Positions 55,584 through 64,000 of a stretch of DNA of 64,000 nt are shown here, in pieces; within the stretch, counting starts at the first letter, position 1; each line of letters opens with the position of its first letter. The stretch comes from Diadema antillarum (lineage: Eukaryota). The translations under genes were made by a program, and so were the position numbers. The stretch covers positions 434,001 to 498,000 of the forward strand of contig NW_027271881.1 in assembly GCF_040938485.1 (NCBI RefSeq), in the 5' to 3' direction. Under the pieces are notes generated by a model that was given only the letters and a program-made list of their open reading frames with translations, did not search any database and was not told where the DNA came from.

Positions 55584-57309
55584 GAGCAGGCAATGGTGAA
55601 TCCTCACGAAAACTCTTCTTTCCATCAAAGTCCGAAATTTCATGAGTTTGTATTTTTTTTCTTTAAGAAACAGAACACCCTGACAGTATATGTATTGTAA
55701 GACGTTTAATATCGCTATACCTTTCTCGATATCTTATGATGAAAAGTAAAAATGCGTCCGTGAAGTGAAACCCCAAATCTGTATACAGTTGTACTTAGAA
55801 AATTGAATACTACGTATACAAAGAAAAGGTTCGATCAAAATTGGACAAGAAAGTGAAAAAGTCAAATACTTTTAAAGTTTAACAAGTCTTCACATAGCAG
55901 CGTCCCTGGTCACAATTGCATAGGTAGAATTAGGCACAATATTCGAATTAGATAAACTGATGATGTTATCGCCTTACATCTCTCCCATTAGTTTGTACGT
56001 TTATTTCTGCATTATTATATGTGTGTACAAATAGTTTTTCTTGACCAATGACCTTGCAACAATAAGCAAATTATTACAACTCTTAAACAGTTTGATGAAA
56101 AAGCTTCGTTCTTCTTCCTGAATTCGTGTCACACAGGGGAAATTCAGTGATTTCTTCTTTTTTTGGTGGTGCAAACAAATGGAAGGCCAGGGCGTCATCA
56201 ATGCATTTGATACACATGAAATTCGTTTCCCGTATTTTATACACTTTTATCGTTACATCAATCTGTTGATTGCAGTCAGGTTAAACATTCAATTCAGTTT
56301 AATTTGATAATGGTTCTATTTCAGTCGTATTGCAGTCGGTTTACTGAATTGCATGATATTACATCAAAAGACGAAGGGGGATATGACTTCAGAGTGTATT
56401 TTTATCCCCAATACGTGTAGTTCCTTATGTAACAGTTATCTAGGTATTTCATATGCCAGTGTTTTTATTTACTTGCTTATACAGTGTATGGGATAGCACA
56501 GAGCTGGTAACAGAAAGTGATGTTTAGATCATGAATGATGTCACATATACGTATCGACTTGTGCCAAATTAATTGGGGCTTTAAACATGACTCTCTGCCC
56601 GTAAAACAGAAATCCCTCAATAATTCATCAATACTGCATGGGCTAACAAAACATCACACTAATTTTGATGCAAGTGATGAGTGAGCTCCCTCCCCGCCCC
56701 CTTCATGTCCAAACATATTATGTAGTAAAGATTTGTGAGCAGGGCCATGAGAGACTAGTGAGGGGACGAAATCACCCCTGCATCCGACTTCCATCAGAAG
56801 TATTAAAGCTAATTATTGTGGATGATTTGTGAAAATATTTGAAGCTTTAAATCCCACAACTCCTTAAATTTTGAAGTCAAATGATATCAAATTTTTATCG
56901 ATATTTGTTTGCTTTTGCATGATGTCAGGACCAGGTTAAACGCGGAGTTGAATTGCAACCCAATAAGGTAGTAAGAAAAAGAAAATATATAAAGAACCCC
57001 ACCCTCTGAAGGGGGATGAAAAAAAAAGAAGATATTTAGACGAATTGGGATGTACAGAGTATTGTGAGTCTATGTATCAATATTGCCAAACTGAAATATA
57101 TAATATGTAATACATAATATCTCTACTTAGAGATACTTGTATGTACTTCATTATGGTAGACATACATTATATGCATCAAGCTATATTACGTACATGTATA
57201 TGTTCATTAAAGAAAACATTGTATTTTTGTGCCATCATAGCAGTATGAAATGTAAATCTGAATTTGTTGGGGTCATTTTTTGTGCAGCTATTTTTCCATC
57301 TTCTGTCTT

Positions 57310-57487
57310 NNNNNNNNNNNNNNNNNNNNNNNNNNNNNNNNNNNNNNNNNNNNNNNNNNNNNNNNNNNNNNNNNNNNNNNNNNNNNNNNNNNNNNNNNNN
57401 NNNNNNNNNNNNNNNNNNNNNNNNNNNNNNNNNNNNNNNNNNNNNNNNNNNNNNNNNNNNNNNNNNNNNNNNNNNNNNNNNNNNNNN
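57310..57487. other. Assembly gap (N)
   Basis: Run of N. Confidence 1.
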
Positions 57488-57515
57488 CAAATAAAAGGTT
57501 AAGTGTCAAGCCCTG

Positions 57516-57555
<40 letters not shown>

Positions 57556-57760
57556 TATATATAATACACATATACAGGCCCCTCCATGTAAATATATAAT
57601 ATATATTATGTATAGTATACAGTACATGTGTGTGTAAGTCTTTTAACCAAATACATACACACACACACACACACATCCACCTCAAAAATTTCATGCCATT
57701 TAACTCATTCAGAAAGAACACAAAAGTAATGAAATCAGTAAAGATTCCACTCTATACTAA

Positions 57761-58080
57761 CAGAGACTCCAACCCAAAGAACCTGATCTGGAGATTCTCC
57801 CGCCTGAAACCCCTAGCAAACGGGAGACCCCAACTTGATACATCACGAGCGCGAAGTTCCTTGCGGCCGGGGTCTAGGGTTCTAGATGCTTTCTCGTGCT
57901 ATGTAAGGCTTATTTTTCAACATAATAATATGATGGCAATAAGTAAGAAATCATTTCAAGCGGGAGACACGGAGCCAGGGCGGGAGAAATTAAATCTCAA
58001 GCGGGAGAACAGGAGATTTTGGAAAAAATGGGCTTTCGGCGGGAGATCTCCCGTAGAAAGCGGGAGAGTTGGAGTCTCTG
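57761..58080. mobile_element. MITE, same family, 6-bp TSD TACTAA
   Basis: Same TIRs, CGGGAGA repeats, TACTAA at 57755-57760 and 58081-58086. Confidence 0.88.
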
Positions 58081-60044
58081 TACTAAATCATCACCTACTG
58101 AAGACACCACGTTCATAATGCCGTCTTCAAATCTTGTTCACAGACGTCCATTGGAAAGGTTGCTGGGACAACTGGTGTCAATAAATTATGTCACAGTGAA
58201 TTTCACAGAAGTCTCAAATGAAGACTTTCAACAAATGAAGTACAATAGCTGCTGACTCAGTCTTTGATGACGAAACATACTGGCATTTGACTACATTATA
58301 CAACCCGTCTCTCACTTCTTGTTTTTTTATTCCAAAAATGTACAAATTGCTCAACAGGAACGCAATGGACAAATTCACACAAGACGGAATAATAATTTGT
58401 CTCTGTACATTCTCATTTCAGGAAGTGCACAGTTTTTAATATCCATTCAGCTTCACTATTAGCAGTTTGGTCGTATTCATATTCGAATGACAGCCAGTTA
58501 ACTAGACACCTTGAAGAACCGGAGCACACCCCCTTCAGCCATATCCTCTCATCTATAAAAAGAAGTAGCAAGTCATTGCATGCCTTACCATTATCCATCA
58601 ACCTTCATCTCATCTAATTCGGTAACAGGTTTTTGACTAAATTTAACAGCAGACAAGGCAGCAAGCCACAAAAATGACTTTCATTTTAAGTTTATACCAC
58701 ATAAATAGAATTTGGTAACATTGCGGTCAGATGCACATTAGATTTGATTATGACGACTGAACTGTCATGAAAATTCATTTATGTTGGGCATCTTCCAGCC
58801 ACCCTGGCTTGAAATAAATATTTTTACAAAAATATTCTTAGAAGTCTTAGAAGTCTTTGACTGAAATATCCACTAACAATATTTAGCATTTATTGAGCCA
58901 TGACTCTGAGGCACAAAGTATATTACTTACATCACATTATCACCTGAAGAATGGAAGAGTTACTGTGAGTTGTTCTTATAGTTGGGAAAACTTACTATTT
59001 TGCAGTGAACCATAACAATATCAAGGCCATGAATTGACTGCAATGCATTTGCCATCTCAGTTGTTGTTGTGATATGCTACAAAGGCCTGCACATGTTAAA
59101 ATCCTCTGAAGGATGTACATTTAAGGGTAATAAATATCACAGTCCACTGATAACACATTTGCTACCCTAACATAGTTATTGGACCTGTGAAGAAAGTGAA
59201 AAATACCAGTGTTTCTTGTTTTCTCCTTTGTAATGAGACAAATGAACATGACCATTTCAGTCTATCGAGTTTGATTTTCTACTACAGAAAAGTCTGAATG
59301 AAAGCATAATGTTTATCATATACTTAATCACACAGTTATGAATCTGTACTGTCCTTTCAGCTAGGAATAACACGTATCTTTACTCATCATTTTTTTTTTT
59401 TTTTTTGAGGTAATGATTCTTTGGTTTTATCAACACATTTTGAAATTACCTCTTCAGACATTTCGAGCACCATTATTATTACGTGGGTTACACTTGGATC
59501 ACAAGTCATATTACATAGTTCAGTTCGTAACAGCTCATCAAATGTACATAATTATTAAGAATGTCAGAATCATATATACGTGGTGCCACACACTTGCATT
59601 AAAGATGGCAGCAATTGAGTCACTGACAAGAACTCAAGACCTTAGTGAGCTCCAGGCTCCATACATACTATACATTTTTTTGTCTGTCAAAAGTTTGTTT
59701 CCTTCACAGATTTACAAGCACTGATTTCAGAAACCTTTTTTTCCCCGCACGCTCCATACCATTCAGCGAATTGACACAAACAGTCAAAATACTGATCACA
59801 GGAAATCACACAAAATATAACCCAAGTCCACTTGGAAACATGACCTCATCACTTCACACTTATATCTTTAATATATACTGTTATCAAGGTGATGGCTGTC
59901 ACCTCTCACATGCATCCACGAACAGAATATCCAATATCAAATGAACAATACACCCACATAGCAGTAACACATGAATTCTAAAAGCAACTTTTTTAAAAGT
60001 TCATCACAATTTTTTTTTTGAGAGGAATGGACTAATTTCCTGTA

Positions 60045-60118
60045 CTGCATAGCAGTGTAAAAATCAGATTCTGCCCAGCCAATCAGCTTTCAGACAAAAC
60101 CATCATAAGCCCATACAG
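60045..60118 (-). promoter_or_regulatory. SECIS element (type 2) in the SELENON 3'UTR
   Basis: Minus strand: AUGAU-GGUUUUGUCUG-AAA-GCU-GAUU-GGC-UGGGCAGAAUC-UGAU. UGA/GA quartet, helix II with 11/11 WC or GU pairs, unpaired AAA, 3-bp apical ministem; helix I CUGUAUGG/CUAUGCAG. Confidence 0.9.
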
Positions 60119-61317
60119 AGGCTATTAGTTCATACATCATCATAAAAAAAAGAATATTACATGAACACCTTGCAAATGCACAGCCAAACATATACAATAT
60201 ATCTTAAAAATGATTGTGACCATTATGAAAAAAAACAAAACAAAATGTCAGTCTTATGATAATTTCTCTTGCAATGTGCCAGCCTTTCTTGCAAGCAATC
60301 AAGCCATCAAATTTTATTTGTGTAACGCAATGGCATGTTTGAGCATAAAAATATGAAGCGAATATTCCAGGCAGTAGGCCTATGTTGTTGCATGTCTATA
60401 CTTACGAGTAACTACATGGCAGCATTATCAGCTTCATGCAGTTTGTATAAATGGACATTGCTGTACACAGATGTGAATGTTATGACATAAAGACTTTGAG
60501 GCGCAAGAGAAGTACATGTAAGTTATCACACACACTCTGTTTCCCAGTCACCTTGAGATGGATATTAAGTCTACCCTTTTAATAGGTAAATGTAATGCTG
60601 GCAGGATGAGTTAACCATGGTCATATGTCTGCTACAGAGGTCAATTACCTTCAGCCATAGAGAATTCACTGCTGTTTCTAACTCCCCTAAAATGTCTGGT
60701 AAATGAGCACTGCCAGCTTTCAAATACTTTGCATTATTTCATTAAAACAAAGCAAAGCAAAATAACAATGACAACAACAAAATACAGCACTTGCAATGGA
60801 TGGACAAGGATCTTGAAACACAAAGGATACCATGAATGAAAAGAAATGGGTAGACACATGTCATATCCCAATGGAAAAAAAGGGTGAAGAAACAAAGAAC
60901 AGGAAATGGGACAAGCAAAATATCACATACAGCAGCTAGGAACATCATTGCACTTATCTAAGCATGACAAATACAAATACGGAGCCTGGTCACTAGATGA
61001 ACCATAAGGAAGACATTTCATCTGTTTTGACCAACATTATACTTGTTTATAAAAGTGAATGTCAATGCAATCCATAATGAAAATTCTGCCAACATAGCTT
61101 TACCTTTCACAGGTATACATTGGCAAGAATAAGCCCTAACAATAATAAAGTTGAAAACAAACCACACCCCCCCCCCCAAAAAAAAAGAAAGAATAAAAAA
61201 TCCCCAAATCCAATCACACTTTATATAAACAAGATAACAAAAATAAATGCTGTTCACATAAAAATTTGGCACAGTAAAATGACGATATTAATTCTTTCCA
61301 CACACAATAAAACGAGA

Positions 61318-61530
61318 TACTGTAAAAGTGGATATTTTCGCGTGAGTAATTTTTCGCGCTCGGCCGGGTAAGATGGATTTTGCGTGTTTTTCATTCTGCG
61401 GAATCAGGACATTAACTACTGGAACATATGGCATGCAAACATATTTGCGTGCTTTTATTTTCGTGCCAGCGTCTGGTTGCGCGAAATGCGTGAAAATTTC
61501 CACACAACGAAAATTTCCACTTTTACAGTA
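61318..61530. mobile_element. TACTGTAAAA-type MITE in the SELENON 3'UTR
   Basis: tactgtaaaagtgga...tccacttttacagta TIRs. Confidence 0.8.
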
Positions 61531-61628
61531 TGTATTAAAAAAAATCATTTGCATACATTTAAATGTATGGAACTGCTGGTCATCAGAATCATCCATCTGG
61601 TCCACTGATGTGGTCAGTGCTTTTGTGG

Positions 61629-63593
61629 TTAATATCCGGCAGCTTTGGCCTTGTTGATGCCGTCCTTCAGGAATTTGGCATAGTTTGTCACCAGTGGGTC
61701 TGTAAATGTGCTGTGAAAAGACAAGGACAGCGTACATCCAATGAACTCATGACTTCAGCTACAAGCTCACAATATTTCTAGATTGTTCTGCTCAACTCTT
61801 CAGTGTGCAGCTGTATGTGCAACTCACAAGGCTTATTCATTGTCTGGGTAGCAAAAACAGACACTATACCGTAACAGTTTGGTTGATGAAAATAGCTTAT
61901 CAGACCATGTCACTGTTGGAACTTTACTTTCCCAGATGCCATAAAGCATTGGCAAGGAAATCTAGCAAGCCTATTCACTTTAATACTATACAATTCAAAT
62001 CAACTTCATTTTTAACACTGAGTGAAAAAGAACAAACAAACCTAAGAAACCCACAGCTTGTGGAGACACCAAACTGCTGAAAATATAACCTATATAATAT
62101 AAAGCTAAGTACATGCATGCTCATTTCAGTCTGACAAGTAACAAAATTGATATGGCAAACATTTGAAGGGCCAACTGAAAAAAAAACCCAACCCAAACAA
62201 ACAATGCTTGTTAAATATTGATCAGCACAAAACATTAGAAAATGACAATATCTCTACTAGTCCACTTTAACCCCTTCTGATAGACCCTCTGCAAAGTCTG
62301 CATTTGCTTGTTTTCACATTCAAATCAATTTCACTCACTTATGTCTACCAATTAGCAACATAACATACACACATGCAATAATGTAAGCATTCTCCACCAC
62401 GTATTCCCTTTCACTGAAGAATTTCAAAATCTCTGTAAAACAACTTTTTCTCTTAACTGTTACAATACTAAAATTCTCACAACTGCAAGCTTGTAAGATC
62501 ATATCAAATGTTGATAGTAATCTTAACAGATTTCCCTCCACATCACTTAATATACTTTTGGGAAAGAATTAGAAAATACATGAGATCAAAGTACAGGTAC
62601 CTCATGTCACATAGCAACTTGCTTAACACTTCATAATTTATCAACTCATCAAAGGCAAAAAGAGGAAAAAAATAATTTGCAATATGAGTAACAGAATTGT
62701 GTTCAGTTGCTAAAATAAAATAAAAATAAATAAGTTAAAAGCAGCCTTATACTTTCAACCCTCCCCCCTCCTCCCTAAATGTGGGGTTCTGCCAATATGC
62801 AAATGCCTCCTGGCCAGCCCTGTTTCAGATGCAGTATGAGATGATTCGGTAGCAAATTTAGATCCAGTCTGGGCTGCATCTCGCTTTCCAGAAAATCATA
62901 GCAAGAACATTCATAAATGTGAACAGGAGGAGTCCAGGAATAAGCAGCATGGGCGGCAGAGCTTGCCAATCAACTAACCCAGGTCATGTCTTTTATCCAG
63001 GAGTATTTTTGGAAGACTTCTTTGTTTATCATTGCCTGACCAGCACATTGCAGCATCACAGTGATGACCCATGACTTTAATGGGTCACAAATCAGTCTAA
63101 TTGAGAACATGTAAACTCTTTCTATGCCAAATTCAAACTGAGGTAAAGAGCAGTCATGAATGAAATGCATGCATTGATTGCATGGCATCGTACGTAGATG
63201 AAGACGCAAGCTAGTCAAACTGAAGCAACAGTGCTTCTGAGCTGTCTCGCAGTGCATCTGTGACAGGGCTCTACAACAGTACCTTGAATTCCTATACACA
63301 TAAATACACAAAAAGTAAATAAATTATAGCAATATTTTTGCTAATCAAATTCCTCTGACTGAGGTGCACCGTAAGCAATTCAACTCACCAACAGTTCAGA
63401 TTTTTTGCAAGTTGAATAAGATGTGGTGAAAAAAAGAGGGAGGGGGGAGAAAAACATGTACCAAAGAAGACACACGGACACTTACTCCATGATGCCTGCG
63501 TTATCTGTGTTGCTGGCATCCAGAAGATCATTGGCATTGATGTCGTGGACAACGGTGCCATTTGGAAGCAAGACCAGCATTACCACAGGGAAG
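61629..63593 (-). CDS. SELENON: Selenoprotein N, last two coding exons (63593-63486 and 61710-61629); upstream exons including the Sec codon lie beyond the window
   Basis: [25 protein letters not shown] and TFTDPLVTNYAKFLKDGINKAKAAGY* match the remembered SelN C-terminus ([25 protein letters not shown]...STFEDPSTATYMQFLKEGL). Phase 2/2 junction is in frame; SECIS lies downstream. Confidence 0.92.
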
Positions 63594-64000
63594 CTGTTAC
63601 ATAACAAACAAACACACAAACATACAACCAATCAAACATGTGACTCTAATAATGTCCTATGTCTGACAAGTGATGAGCATATACAGTACAGGTGCTCTTT
63701 GCTGCTATTCTGCAGGTTTTTAAACTTGTCAGTCATGTGACAGCGATATAAGAGTGTCAAAAAAAAAAAGTTCTAAATCAGCACATATTTTGTTCTTTGT
63801 CAGAACTGGGTAAACACAAAGATTTAATTCTTAAAGTTCACCTTTTTCGAAAACACCATCCCTCAACCCTGTTCACACAAAGCTACCAGGTGGTATTATC
63901 TTCCCACACAAAAATGTGGTGGCTGCCCTTTAAATGGAACAATGTGTCAGCAGGAAAGTCGTTTTCCAAAAATGAAATTGAACCTTGATCGATAACAGGA

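Noticed and set aside
55790-56950. Probable additional Kolobok-like repeat fragments
   Set aside because: Could not define both termini or a second copy in the window.
57630-58118. 162-aa plus-strand ORF
   Set aside because: Runs from a CA microsatellite through a MITE; not a gene.
59480-59570. Other AUGA...GA hairpins in the SELENON 3'UTR
   Set aside because: Helix II too short or unpaired; only 60045-60118 meets SECIS geometry.

Overview
AT-rich eukaryotic (animal) genomic DNA with GT-AG introns, microsatellites, three N gaps and many short non-autonomous DNA transposons. An invertebrate deuterostome such as an echinoderm is my inference from protein and repeat style; it is not proven. 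There are no prokaryotic features. Five spliced protein-coding genes can be built by hand with consistent intron phases: (1) NPC2-type ML-domain sterol carrier (+, 4 exons, 6812-13008); (2) two-pore-domain K+ channel (+, 2 coding exons, 24545-26527); (3) CCDC170 (-, 10 exons, 41163-33438); (4) a CCDC190-like coiled-coil gene divergent from it (+, 47574-53633), with RFX X-boxes around both genes; (5) the 3' end of selenoprotein N (-, running off the right edge). The most notable signals are at SELENON: a well-formed type-2 SECIS about 1.5 kb into the 3'UTR, two AATAAA hexamers upstream of it (one supplied by a MITE), a candidate 9-nt microexon, and an in-frame extension of that exon containing a single UGA. 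Also notable are a hAT-like MITE family with 6-bp target duplications and a perfect 42-bp-arm palindrome. Family assignments rest on remembered motifs; no database searches were run.
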